Below are positions 29,361-39,286 of a stretch of 64,000 nucleotides of DNA, piece by piece. Under the pieces are notes generated by a model that was not told the origin of the DNA, did not search any database, and saw only the letters and a list, made by a program, of their open reading frames with translations. The translations under genes were made by a program, and so were the position numbers. The DNA is from Candidatus Bathyarchaeota archaeon. GTDB lineage: Archaea; Thermoproteota; Bathyarchaeia; Bathyarchaeales; Bathycorpusculaceae. Position 1 is the first letter of the stretch; each line of letters begins with the position of its first letter. The stretch is taken from the NCBI GenBank assembly GCA_963733095.1, contig CAVTBV010000003.1:32001-96000 (forward strand), given 5' to 3'.

Positions 29361-30280
29361 ACGGAAAGGTCCTTGGCTTCAGCGACGATTAGGTAGTAGG
29401 CGGCTAAGCCTTTCCATCTCCCCCATGACTCGGCGATTTTGCGTGCCTCAGCCGTCTTGATTGGTCGTCCGCCGCAGTAATACCTTGAAATCACACGTCT
29501 TATTCCAAAATCGTCCGCTGGCAAAGCGTCCAACCGCTGCATACCCCGAAGCATCGTAAGCTCAGCCGTCCATATACCGATGCCCCTGATTTCGTCGAGT
29601 TCAGCAATTATTTGTTCAGGGTCCTTTTCACTTTTAATTTTTTCAAGGTCCAATTTGCCCTCTACAATCAACTGTGCTGCTCCATGGATGTATTCCGCTT
29701 TGCGCTGGCTCAATCCAACCTGTTGAACCTCACTTTCGGTGGCGGTAGCAATGTTTTGCGGTGTTGGATACAAAAAGTATGTTGCTCCATCGATGGTTAG
29801 GTTTTCGCCAAATTTTTTTGCCAGACGCTGCTCTATGGTGTGAGCAACTTTGATGCTAATTTGTTGTTCCACAATCGAATCAACCAACGACTCAAACACC
29901 GTTGGCGTGGTTGGGTTTTTTAATCCGTATAGTTGCTGGGCTATTCTATGCATAGTTGGTTCTTTTTCGATGTCTTGGTAGAAGGAGCAAAGGTCAAAAT
30001 CCAAGTTAAAAATAAAATGGACTGCTTCCTTTGCGGTTTGCATATCTTGTTTTGTTAAGGGGGTGTTTGATTTTAGAGTTATTTCTATCCTAGGTTGCTC
30101 CACGGTTCCCTTGGAAGTTAAGCTGATTAAGATAAAGTTGTGGTTAAGCCGAAGCGCTTGATGGAACTCGCCCTTTGCGTAGGTACGGATTTCTGAGTCC
30201 CCGCCTCCAAAGATTTGAGCACACAAATCAAAGTTGAAGGGTGCCAACGTTTGCATTTGAAAGGTTTCAGTGTAGGTCAT
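29357..30280 (-). CDS. alkA: DNA-3-methyladenine glycosylase II (HhH-GPD)
   Basis: IVEQQIS, LDEIRGIGIWTAE, LPADDFGIRR. Confidence 0.92.
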   Translation of the reverse strand: MTYTETFQMQTLAPFNFDLCAQIFGGGDSEIRTYAKGEFHQALRLNHNFILISLTSKGTVEQPRIEITLKSNTPLTKQDMQTAKEAVHFIFNLDFDLCSFYQDIEKEPTMHRIAQQLYGLKNPTTPTVFESLVDSIVEQQISIKVAHTIEQRLAKKFGENLTIDGATYFLYPTPQNIATATESEVQQVGLSQRKAEYIHGAAQLIVEGKLDLEKIKSEKDPEQIIAELDEIRGIGIWTAELTMLRGMQRLDALPADDFGIRRVISRYYCGGRPIKTAEARKIAESWGRWKGLAAYYLIVAEAKDLSV

Positions 30281-30372
30281 TCGGTTAATTCCTGAAGATT
30301 GTTTTTACTGTTGTTGGAATATTAAAGATTTTTAACTTTAAAACGCATTGTTAGCCCTTAAGAGTTGAAATC

Positions 30373-31047
30373 ATGCGCATCGTTGTACGAATCGGCGGTT
30401 CAGTCGTTGCAAACCCAATCAACACCGAATTAATGAGCAAATACGCTGACATCATAAAAACAATAAAGCAACAGGGACACGAGGTTGCTGTTGTTGTGGG
30501 TGGGGGTGCGTTGGCAAGGGAATTTATCGGTATAGCCAAGAACTTGGGTTTGGATATGGTTGGGCAGGATGAGATTGCCATTTCCTGTTCACGTCTCTTT
30601 GCGCAGTTGTTCTTAAAAAAACTCGGCGACGTCGCCTGCAGCAAAGTCGCCATAACTCTGGACGATGCTGCACAATGCCTATGCGAAGGCAAGGTTGTTG
30701 TGATGGGCGGTTTGAAGCCAGGAATAACCACAGACACGGTTGCAGCATTGGTTGCAGAGCGGGTTGATGCGGAGTTGCTATTGAAGGGTACGGATCAAGA
30801 TGGTGTCTACGATAAAGACCCGCGCAAACACCCTGACGCGGTGAAGCTTGATCGGTTGTCGATTGAGGATTTAGCGAAAGTTTTCGAGCACAACGAGCAC
30901 AAGGCGGGGATTCACCAGGTTATTGACCCTGAAGCCGTCAAGGTTTTGATGCGCAAACGACTCAAAATAATTGTTGTGAACGGGTTTGTGGCTGAGAATT
31001 TGTTGGCGGCGATTAAGGGTGAGAACGTGGGAACGGTCATAAATTAG
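30373..31047 (+). CDS. pyrH: UMP kinase
   Basis: RIGGS, VVGGGALAR, PGITTDTVAA, DGVYDKDP. Confidence 0.94.
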   Translation: MRIVVRIGGSVVANPINTELMSKYADIIKTIKQQGHEVAVVVGGGALAREFIGIAKNLGLDMVGQDEIAISCSRLFAQLFLKKLGDVACSKVAITLDDAAQCLCEGKVVVMGGLKPGITTDTVAALVAERVDAELLLKGTDQDGVYDKDPRKHPDAVKLDRLSIEDLAKVFEHNEHKAGIHQVIDPEAVKVLMRKRLKIIVVNGFVAENLLAAIKGENVGTVIN

Positions 31048-31193
31048 TTTTCTTGACGTTGCCATTTTCTCTCTTGGAGATACCTAAACAAATAGCAGAA
31101 AAACTACCTCTTTCTTTTTTGTGATTTAGCATTAATTTATAAGATGGACTATTTCCATGTTAAACCAAATATTCATCAAAGAAGCGAATTAAA

Positions 31194-31886
31194 ATGTCAA
31201 AAACAATTCCAGTCGTTGAAGCAATCAACGTCAAAAAAACTTACATGTTGGGAAAAGTCCCAGTTGAAGCACTAAGAGGAGTTAACCTCAAAGTGGAAAG
31301 AGGCGACTTTGTCTCGATCCTTGGCCCTTCAGGAAGTGGCAAATCCACAATGCTGAACCTGATAGGTGCCCTAGACAAACCAACCTCAGGCACGCTGCTA
31401 ATCGACGGCGTAGACATCAGCAAACAAAATGATAACCAACTTGCAGACTTGAGATTGAAAATCGGGTTTGTTTTCCAATTCTTCAACCTGATTCCACGGT
31501 TAACTGCTCACGACAACGTTGAGCTATCCATGTCCATAGCAAACATGACTAAAGCACAAAGAAAACAACGCGCCATAGAACTCTTAGAAACCGTCGGTTT
31601 AAAAGACCGTGTCAACCACAAACCGGCAGAACTTAGCGGCGGACAACAGCAGCGCGTCGCCATCGCACGTGCACTGGCAAACAACCCAAAGTTCCTTTTG
31701 CTCGATGAACCCACGGGTAACGTGGACTCAAAGACTGCGAGTGAAGTATTAGCTTTAATCGAGAAACTTAACGTGGAAAATAAAGTAAGCATAATCATGG
31801 TGACCCATGACCAGAGACTAGCGCATGAAGCCAAAAAAACTGTACAAATGCTTGATGGTCTAATCTCAAATGAAGTGGTGAACTAA
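31194..31886 (+). CDS. ABC transporter ATP-binding protein (LolD/MacB-like)
   Basis: GPSGSGKST, LSGGQQQRVAIAR, LLDEPTGN, VTHD. Confidence 0.95.
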   Translation: MSKTIPVVEAINVKKTYMLGKVPVEALRGVNLKVERGDFVSILGPSGSGKSTMLNLIGALDKPTSGTLLIDGVDISKQNDNQLADLRLKIGFVFQFFNLIPRLTAHDNVELSMSIANMTKAQRKQRAIELLETVGLKDRVNHKPAELSGGQQQRVAIARALANNPKFLLLDEPTGNVDSKTASEVLALIEKLNVENKVSIIMVTHDQRLAHEAKKTVQMLDGLISNEVVN

Positions 31887-31888
31887 CA

Positions 31889-33229
31889 ATGAAGACGATT
31901 GATGTTTTTGGTTACTCGTTTAGCGCAATTAAACTTCGCAAGCTCCGTGCAGCGTTAACTACTTTGGGCGTTGTCATAGGCATCGCAGCCATAGTGGCGC
32001 TGTTGTCGATTACTCAGGGTCTTCAAGCAACCTTAACCCACCAGTTAAACCAAGGATTATCCGCAAACACCTTAATTGTGACTCCAGGAAGCGGCGGAGT
32101 TTTAGGTGGAGCAGTAGGAGGTGATGGAGCAGGCGCTGGTCCGGGTGGAGCAGGTGCAGGCGGCGGCACTGGAGGCTTTGGCGGAGGCGGCGGAGCCAGC
32201 AACTCGGGCTTCAACCTATACGTCAATTACACTAGCGAAATTGATGCTTTGTCACCAGACATCGAATCTTCAATCGCAGTAATTAGCCGCACGGGATACG
32301 TCCAAACTGACAACTTGAACAGGACAGTTATGATTTATGGCGTTGATTTCAATCAATACGCTAAACTCTACAGTACCACCTTCGTAGCAACAAGCGGAAC
32401 TATACCTAATAGCCCAGCAGAAACTGACACAGTTGTTGGTACACGCGTGAACCAGCCAGGACAAAACGGAACCCTATTCTTTGCTCCAGGCGATAATATC
32501 AACATCGTATGGACTAACGCTACAGTTCTGCCACCAATAAACGAGACCTACAACGCCAACGTTACAGGGGTACTCGGCAAAATCGGCGGCTTCGGCATCG
32601 GCGGACCATCAGACACAGGCGTATACATACCGATTGACAAAGCTGAAAGCTTCTTTGGAACCCAACAATGCGACATGATAATTGTTACGCTCAAGAGCAG
32701 CGACAACGCAACCATTTCAAACGTTTCCAAACTCATAACTGACCACTTCAGCAACCAAGTATCCGTAATATCTGCAACAGCAGTCCTCAGTTTGCTCACA
32801 AGCATCTTTAGCATACTGCAGTTGTTCTTAGGCGGAATCGCAGCCATCTCACTACTTGTCGCCGGCATCGGCATAATGAACATTATGATCGTTTCGCTAA
32901 TCGAGCGAACACGGGAAATCGGCATCCTCAAAGCCTTAGGCATGAAAAGCAGAACAGTATTAACTATATTCCTCGGCGAATCCGTAATAATTGGCTTAAT
33001 CGGTGCAGTCGTGGGAATAGTGCTGGGCTGGATACTGGCTAACGTGACGGCAAGAGTCTTGGGGACAGGCTTATTTGGCGGTGGCGGATTCACGGTGACA
33101 CCTTTGTTAACTCCGGAGGTGTTGGTGGGTGCACTGGCTTTCGGTATCGGCGTCAGCGTAATCTTTGCCCTCTACCCAGCATGGCGCGCATCCAAACTAA
33201 AACCAGTAGAAGCCCTACGATACGAATAG
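31889..33229 (+). CDS. MacB/FtsX-family ABC permease with Gly-rich insert
   Basis: LTTLGVVIG, GIGIMNIMIVSLIERTREIGILKALG, PVEALRYE. Confidence 0.93.
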   Translation: MKTIDVFGYSFSAIKLRKLRAALTTLGVVIGIAAIVALLSITQGLQATLTHQLNQGLSANTLIVTPGSGGVLGGAVGGDGAGAGPGGAGAGGGTGGFGGGGGASNSGFNLYVNYTSEIDALSPDIESSIAVISRTGYVQTDNLNRTVMIYGVDFNQYAKLYSTTFVATSGTIPNSPAETDTVVGTRVNQPGQNGTLFFAPGDNINIVWTNATVLPPINETYNANVTGVLGKIGGFGIGGPSDTGVYIPIDKAESFFGTQQCDMIIVTLKSSDNATISNVSKLITDHFSNQVSVISATAVLSLLTSIFSILQLFLGGIAAISLLVAGIGIMNIMIVSLIERTREIGILKALGMKSRTVLTIFLGESVIIGLIGAVVGIVLGWILANVTARVLGTGLFGGGGFTVTPLLTPEVLVGALAFGIGVSVIFALYPAWRASKLKPVEALRYE

Positions 33230-33326
33230 AAGCTTCTTCTCCAACCCTTTTTTCTTCTATTTTTTATTGAGAAACTATCCATTGCAGTTTTAAGATACAA
33301 CCAACATATTACGTTGAGGCTTCTGC

Positions 33327-33773
33327 ATGAAACGCTTGTATCCAGACCAACCTGTCGTAGGCATTGGGGCAGTCATAATTCAAGATGGAAAAATAGCGCT
33401 GATAAAACGCGGCAACGAACCAGGCAAAGGCAAGTGGAGCATACCCGGTGGTTTAGTGGAACTCGGCGAAAATCTCCCAGCTGCAGTTATCCGCGAAACC
33501 AAAGAAGAAGTCTGCCTCGACGTCGAAAATCCACAGCTAGTTGACGTGGTGGATAATGTTGATTTTGATGAGCAGGGCAAAGTAAAATATCACTATGTAA
33601 TCGTCGACTACCTCGTACACGTAAAAGCAGGAACTATACAAGCTGCAAGCGACGCTGCAGAATTACGCTGGGTATCCTTCGACGAGGTAGAAAGTTACAA
33701 TTTGACGGCTTCTTTTCGGTTTTTCTTCAAACAAAATAGGAAAAAACTTGAGGAAGCTAATTCTTATCGCTAA
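33327..33773 (+). CDS. NUDIX hydrolase
   Basis: Nudix box PGGLVELGE…AVIRETKEE; SDA motif. Confidence 0.93.
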   Translation: MKRLYPDQPVVGIGAVIIQDGKIALIKRGNEPGKGKWSIPGGLVELGENLPAAVIRETKEEVCLDVENPQLVDVVDNVDFDEQGKVKYHYVIVDYLVHVKAGTIQAASDAAELRWVSFDEVESYNLTASFRFFFKQNRKKLEEANSYR

Positions 33774-35217
33774 AAAACAGTCGTGTTTCTCCCAGTGTCT
33801 TGATATCTAAAGCTCTGACCCGGGCAACAATTGGGAAATCCCTCACCACTTTTCCTAAAGTTAAGCAATGATGAGGTGGCAAATCACGGGCGATTGAACG
33901 TACAGTCTCCGCATCAACGCGGGCAGCTCTCGAAACCACGTCGAGGTCATGTTCGTTGGTGAAATTGAAGAGGAAAATGTTGTCAGCTTGGCGGTAGATG
34001 GTTTCTTGGATCGTGTCAGGTTGGTTTGTGATGAAGGTTGTGAAGATGCCATAGTGGCGCATGCGGGTAACAATGTCGTCCCAGTATGTTTCGCGTAGGT
34101 AAAGGTGGGCTTCTTCGGCAAAAAGGAATACAGCTTTGAGTTTCCAGTTTGACAGAGAATCAACCAGTTTGCCCAATACGTATTCGACGACGATTTGGCG
34201 ATCGATGTTTGAAGTATTTTTTAGATTTACAACTATTGCGCCGCCCGTGTCTTTGGATTTGAAAATGGTCTCGTCAAGCAACGTTGCTTCTCCGAGACAG
34301 TCAGTGAAAAACCCTGAGTTAGCAAATGAATGAAACCTTGAAGCCAACGCATCACGCACATGCTGATTACAGTTCAAATCGCGAATTGCTTCACCCAAAT
34401 TCTGCATGTTAAGTTTCCCTTGTTCTTTGAGCATTTTCCAAAGTCGCCTGAATTCTCGAGCTGAGGTTCCTGGTAGGTGCAATGCGTTCACCAATATTCC
34501 CATGACCGTGTTTAATGGTAGCTGCTCAAGTGCCACCTTGAAGTTCTGTGAAGGTACCAGCGTGTGGATTTTATCGTAGTACATGTTTCGTTTGCCGTCG
34601 TTGGTCATTCCAAGGCTGCTGTATTCGCCGTTGAGGTCGAATATGACGACAGTGGCTTTGTAGCCGACAAGGTTTACCATGAGGAGTTTGCTGAGGTGTG
34701 ATTTACCACAGCCTTTCTTGCCTGTAATGATGTTAAGGGTACCATCGATGGATGACGCATCAACTGTAAGTAACGTGGAGTCTTTTGTTCCGCCCAATGT
34801 TATGGGTAGTCTGCCGTCGACTTTGGCGAGCTTCATAAGCATTGGAATGGAGAGTTTCTTGATTGTGGATTGCGAACGGCTTGGAAGCCAACTGCTGCTT
34901 GGGCTGAGCATTTCGTTTTCCAACGTGGCGCGTATTTTGCAGATGAGTAGGCTTGCATCTTGGATGTACGTGATATGCGGTGCGATCTCCATAGGGTCGA
35001 TGTCTTCGCCCTGCAAGGGTTCGCCCCCATCGGGCAGCGTCCGCAACAACTCCTCCAGCACCCCTGGAACAGCAGCGAATTGAACATCGATAACCTGTGC
35101 AATCAACGCCTTCGCGGCATCAGCATCTTCCACAAAGAGGTAATCTCCTTTTTCTGCGCTTTCCGTGGGGAAACTGATGACTTGAAGAATGTTGCCTTCT
35201 TTTTTGTATAGTTTCAT
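33757..35217 (-). CDS. herA: HerA-like ATPase/translocase
   Basis: N-terminal HAS-like barrel, Walker A GKKGCGKS, IFDLNGEY, Walker B FAEEAH, RMRHYG, ITNQP; start ATG 35217. Confidence 0.85.
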   Translation of the reverse strand: MKLYKKEGNILQVISFPTESAEKGDYLFVEDADAAKALIAQVIDVQFAAVPGVLEELLRTLPDGGEPLQGEDIDPMEIAPHITYIQDASLLICKIRATLENEMLSPSSSWLPSRSQSTIKKLSIPMLMKLAKVDGRLPITLGGTKDSTLLTVDASSIDGTLNIITGKKGCGKSHLSKLLMVNLVGYKATVVIFDLNGEYSSLGMTNDGKRNMYYDKIHTLVPSQNFKVALEQLPLNTVMGILVNALHLPGTSAREFRRLWKMLKEQGKLNMQNLGEAIRDLNCNQHVRDALASRFHSFANSGFFTDCLGEATLLDETIFKSKDTGGAIVVNLKNTSNIDRQIVVEYVLGKLVDSLSNWKLKAVFLFAEEAHLYLRETYWDDIVTRMRHYGIFTTFITNQPDTIQETIYRQADNIFLFNFTNEHDLDVVSRAARVDAETVRSIARDLPPHHCLTLGKVVRDFPIVARVRALDIKTLGETRLFFSDKN

Positions 35218-35218
35218 G

Positions 35219-36286
35219 TTAGTTTTCTCCTTTGAAACTGTAGCAGCCGAAGAGAACTTTGTGCATGTCGGGGCGGTTGACGATTTGGATGCCGTGTTTG
35301 CGGGTGATGAAATGTTTGATTGCGTAGACTTCGTTTGCGGTAAATGTGCATAGTATGTGTGAGAGCCGCAGGGTTTCTGGGTAGCTCTGAGTATACAGGT
35401 CGTTGCCAAGCAGTTTTTGGATAGCGTCAATTCGTTGTTCAACGGGTGTTTCTCTGTCAATATCCATTCTAAACGCCAAATTTGCCTTGTTTAGACGCGC
35501 CACATACACATCGCCCAGTAACATCATAGGCGGCTTAGAATGCAACCCAGCAGTCTCAAGCAAGTAAGGCGAATCACGTTTAGGCAGTTGCTCCGTTATC
35601 AACAAGCCATTCGCCCTCAAAGTAGTAGCTTTTGAGAACGCCAAGACGGTGCTCAGGTTTCTTCTTGCATATGTCAAGATTTCTCGGAGGCGCCGAGTTG
35701 GGGTTTCAGGGGTGCCTGCGGTTAGGGAACCATCGAAGAGAAGGACACCTTTCTGCACGGTTTTGGCTATAACGGTTTGAAGCCAACGTTCAAGGAGGCT
35801 AGCAAGGCGGTTGGGCATTTGCATTATGTTTGGGGTGGCTTGGTGGCAGCTTCCGTATGTGGTGCTGAAGTATGCGTGTTCTAAGGTGTTATAGAGTTGA
35901 TTTTTGTTGTCTTCAGTTATGTGGAAAATGAATGGTCCTAAACGCGTGTATTTGTAGGTGCCGTTCTGTTTCCAAGTTGTTGCTCCCCGGACGGCGATAA
36001 TTATGCCCGTCGTGGTTTCGCCGATTTTTATGGTTGAGGTGTCGATGGCGGCAATTAAGGTTTGTTGGTGGTTGGGTTTTAGGGTAATTGGTTGCGGTTT
36101 TAGAATTATGTTGTGGGGGATTTGTTCGGTAGTATTGAACTGTTGTACAGTTTGCTGGTTTAGGTAGTTGGGTTGGATTTGTTTTAGGGTGTGGATTGAT
36201 TGTTCGAAGAAACGTTGGGGGAGGATCGAGTCTATGCCGGGTTGTGGAAAGTTATATTTGTTAGTGGTTGTATATTGTTCAATCAC
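35219..36286 (-). CDS. nurA: NurA-family nuclease
   Basis: AAIDTS, LLFDGSL, FSK, YPETLRLSH motifs; immediately upstream of herA. Confidence 0.8.
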   Translation of the reverse strand: MIEQYTTTNKYNFPQPGIDSILPQRFFEQSIHTLKQIQPNYLNQQTVQQFNTTEQIPHNIILKPQPITLKPNHQQTLIAAIDTSTIKIGETTTGIIIAVRGATTWKQNGTYKYTRLGPFIFHITEDNKNQLYNTLEHAYFSTTYGSCHQATPNIMQMPNRLASLLERWLQTVIAKTVQKGVLLFDGSLTAGTPETPTRRLREILTYARRNLSTVLAFSKATTLRANGLLITEQLPKRDSPYLLETAGLHSKPPMMLLGDVYVARLNKANLAFRMDIDRETPVEQRIDAIQKLLGNDLYTQSYPETLRLSHILCTFTANEVYAIKHFITRKHGIQIVNRPDMHKVLFGCYSFKGEN

Positions 36287-36379
36287 GATGATTCACCAAT
36301 ATTCAATATCTTTATTGGTGAAATATTTAAGTATTGTGCATGCACATCTTGCACAATTCAATATACAATAGGTGAAGAG

Positions 36380-36787
36380 TTGACACAACCACAGCAAAAC
36401 CCACCAATCAAAGTAAAAATGAAAATCGGCGACATAGAATTCGAAATCGAAGCCCAAAGCGACCAAATCCAAACCGCCGTAAACCAAATCCTCACAACCG
36501 TCACTGAACACTCAAAAAACATCAACCTAACCCAAATTACCGAACGCCCCGCACCCCTCCCAAGAGCCGAAACCTGCCGAGGCGTAATCCAAAAACTCTG
36601 GGAAGAAAACTGGTTCAGCGAACCAAGAGGGTTAGACGACGTCCACACCGAACTCGCACGCAAAGGGTTCCACTACGACCGCACCGCAGTCGCCCACGCC
36701 CTCGTAGATTTGGTCAAAGACAACATCCTAACACGCATCGGCAAACCACGCCGATACCAATACGCACAAAAAAGACCCCCAACATAA
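36380..36787 (+). CDS. Winged-helix DNA-binding protein with N-terminal beta-hairpin domain
   Basis: AGGTGA RBS + TTG 36380; WFSEPR…VHTELARKG…VAHALVDLVKDNILTR…YQY wHTH pattern. Confidence 0.8.
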   Translation: MTQPQQNPPIKVKMKIGDIEFEIEAQSDQIQTAVNQILTTVTEHSKNINLTQITERPAPLPRAETCRGVIQKLWEENWFSEPRGLDDVHTELARKGFHYDRTAVAHALVDLVKDNILTRIGKPRRYQYAQKRPPT

Positions 36788-36795
36788 TCTATCTT

Positions 36796-37875
36796 ATGAA
36801 CCACTTTACCATAAAACCGCCCGGAATTTATGTGGAAAACATCAGGATTCAGCCGCAATCAATCGAGGGTGTAAGCACAAGCACCGCAGCTTTTTTAGGC
36901 GAAACCCAAACAGGCCCAACTACCCCGACGCTCGTTACCAGTTGGGGTGGTTTCCAGAAGTTGTTCGGTGGCTATTTTGGCGTAGATAGGTTTCTGCCTT
37001 ATGCTGTTGAAGGGTTCTTTGGGAATGGCGGTCACCGATTGTATGTGTGTAGAGTAACCAATAGCGATTATTCATCTGTCCTTGCTTTAATGGAAAAAGT
37101 TGAGGACGTATCCATTGTTTATGCTCCAAACGCTCAAGCCATAACAGGTTTGTCAAGCGCGTTAATTACTCATTGTGAGCGGTTGAGGAATCGTTTTGCC
37201 ATTTTAGATTCGCTCAAGGGACAGGATCCATGGAGCATAAATCAGCCAGTTGATTCATCGTTTGCCGCGTTGTATTACCCATGGATTTACGTAAGGGAAG
37301 CAGAGACAGGACCCGTACGTTTGGTTCCGCCAGGCGGCCATGTCGCTGGAATCTACGCTCGCACCGATAATGATGTCGGCGTCAATAAGGCACCAGCAAA
37401 TCAACTCGTCAAAGGTGCAATGGATTTAGAGTTAACAATGAAGTCTCACCAACAAGACAGCCTTGTCCCTCAAGACATAAACTGTATCCGCAACTTTGCA
37501 GGCAGAGGCATACTTGTGTGGGGTGCCAGAACCCTATCTAGCGACCCCGAATGGAAGTATGTGAATGTCCGCAGGTTACTGATTTACCTTGAGCAATCAA
37601 TAAAGAAAGGAACTACATGGGCCGTTTTTGAACCAGACAATGAGGCAACATGGACGAAAATTACAGGGTCAATCGAAAATTTTCTGATGCAAACATGGAG
37701 AAACGGCATGTTGATGGGCGCTTCTCAGAAGGAAGCTTACTTTGTACATTGTGACCGAACCACAATGAACCAAAACGACATCGACGGCAGGCGAATAAAT
37801 GTTCTTATCGGCGTCGCAGTCACCAAACCAGCCGAATTCATAATTCTAAGAATTACCCATACCCTTTCCTCTTAA
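36796..37875 (+). CDS. Contractile tail/injection-system sheath protein (eCIS-like)
   Basis: PGIYVE…IEGVSTSTAAFLG, AVEGFFGNGG, AALYYPW, PPGGHVAGIYAR, KAPAN, VWGARTL, WKYVNVRR, KPAEFI. Confidence 0.93.
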   Translation: MNHFTIKPPGIYVENIRIQPQSIEGVSTSTAAFLGETQTGPTTPTLVTSWGGFQKLFGGYFGVDRFLPYAVEGFFGNGGHRLYVCRVTNSDYSSVLALMEKVEDVSIVYAPNAQAITGLSSALITHCERLRNRFAILDSLKGQDPWSINQPVDSSFAALYYPWIYVREAETGPVRLVPPGGHVAGIYARTDNDVGVNKAPANQLVKGAMDLELTMKSHQQDSLVPQDINCIRNFAGRGILVWGARTLSSDPEWKYVNVRRLLIYLEQSIKKGTTWAVFEPDNEATWTKITGSIENFLMQTWRNGMLMGASQKEAYFVHCDRTTMNQNDIDGRRINVLIGVAVTKPAEFIILRITHTLSS

Positions 37876-37925
37876 AGCGATTGGGCATCACCTGACATAG
37901 GCTTTTGGCGTTATATAAGCGATTC

Positions 37926-39077
37926 TTAGAGATATGAGTGAAACCCAGCAAAAATAAAACTGCTCAACCCCGTTATGACTACTAATCCGCAAGTGAGCAG
38001 GGATAGCAATTTTGTTGTCGTATACTTCTTTTGGACATAGAAAAGTTGCGATGCAGAAGCAGAAAGGAACAGTGCCAGCGTCATTGTTTCTTTGGGGTCC
38101 CAGGACCAATAGCTTCCCCAAGCAAACTGCGCCCACAACATGCCCGTCAATAATCCAAGAAAGGTGAACAGCCAAAGCATCCTTCCCGTTATCTTTGTTA
38201 TTCTGCTTTCCAAGTCGTTTATCTTTAGAACAAGGATTGCAAACAGGAATGTTAGTACATAGCCGGTAATTGCGAGTGGTGGATGGATGTAGAGCATTTG
38301 GGAGTTAAATGAATGTGAAGATGTTGTTGGGTTTGGCTGGGTTGTTGGTGTTGTTGATGGGGTTGAGTTTGAGGTGGGAATGCGCGTTGGGGTAGCTGCA
38401 GTATTGGTGGGTTGATTTGTTTGCGCATGTGTAGGTATGGGCGTGTTTGTGACGGGTGGATTGGTTGAGGTTTGTGGGGTTGTGGATGATAGGGGTGTTA
38501 ATGTTGGAATGGGTGTTGGTGCTGGAGTTGGGGTAAGTGTCAGGTTGGGATTGAAAGCAACGGTTATCAAAGGATTGGGTAAGTAACTATCTGAGTAGAA
38601 AAGATGCTCATGGATAGTTATGGCCGAAGCCGAAATCACGAGCTCATCTGGACCTTGTGAAATTCCAGTTATTTGCCATGTTGCAGTGGCAGTAGTTGGA
38701 CCAAGGGTACCGATGTTGAATGTGGGGTTGCTGACTGAGAAATGGCCGTTCTGAGAACTTAGGGTGACAGTAACGCTTAAAAACTGATTGAATAGTGGAG
38801 GCGCGTTGTTAATGTTTTGTATAGCTACGGTAACTGTTGTGGTTTGTCCAACCACTATGGTTGAGGGAATAATGTTTTGACTATTGCCCTCTAAGATGTC
38901 TAACTGTTGATTGTATGTTGAACCGTGGCAGGAACTACACTGGTTTGAAGACAGTGAAAAGACGAGTGATGCCAACAAAGCAACAGCAATAGAGATGGTT
39001 GCAAACAAAACTGTAAAAGTCATCCAGTGCAACTTTACAGTTGGTCGGGAAAACATTTTTTTCTTAGACAAACTCAA
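37926..39077 (-). CDS. Fusion protein: signal anchor, CxxCH, Ig-like domain, Pro/Thr linker, CcsA-type WWD heme-handling domain
   Basis: CSSCH at 38925-38939; IHPP; [16 protein letters not shown]; terminal GFHSY. Confidence 0.85.
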   Translation of the reverse strand: MSLSKKKMFSRPTVKLHWMTFTVLFATISIAVALLASLVFSLSSNQCSSCHGSTYNQQLDILEGNSQNIIPSTIVVGQTTTVTVAIQNINNAPPLFNQFLSVTVTLSSQNGHFSVSNPTFNIGTLGPTTATATWQITGISQGPDELVISASAITIHEHLFYSDSYLPNPLITVAFNPNLTLTPTPAPTPIPTLTPLSSTTPQTSTNPPVTNTPIPTHAQTNQPTNTAATPTRIPTSNSTPSTTPTTQPNPTTSSHSFNSQMLYIHPPLAITGYVLTFLFAILVLKINDLESRITKITGRMLWLFTFLGLLTGMLWAQFAWGSYWSWDPKETMTLALFLSASASQLFYVQKKYTTTKLLSLLTCGLVVITGLSSFIFAGFHSYL

Positions 39078-39286
39078 GGGTGCTAAAATAACGGGGTGCC
39101 AACCAATTTAACTATTCTTGAAAAAGCACTTTTACAGTTAAGCAACAGAATCAAACCAGACACAAAAACCTTGTAGAAATAGAGTTGGCAAACGTGCACT
39201 TTGGTTAGCAAGCAACATTTATAGTGTGTTTTGTTCATCGTATTTAATTGATCTTTTCAAAAATTAACCAGTTGGAGGTGAAATTT

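Noticed and set aside
32090-32210. GGN-rich repeat-like DNA
   Set aside because: Encodes a Gly-rich loop in the MacB-type permease; not a DNA repeat element
35218-35460. 81-aa N-terminal extension of HerA in the ORF track
   Set aside because: Overlaps the conserved nurA 3' end; ATG 35217 with a GGAG RBS is the better start
36796-37875. Provirus
   Set aside because: No capsid, terminase, portal, tube or integrase near the sheath gene
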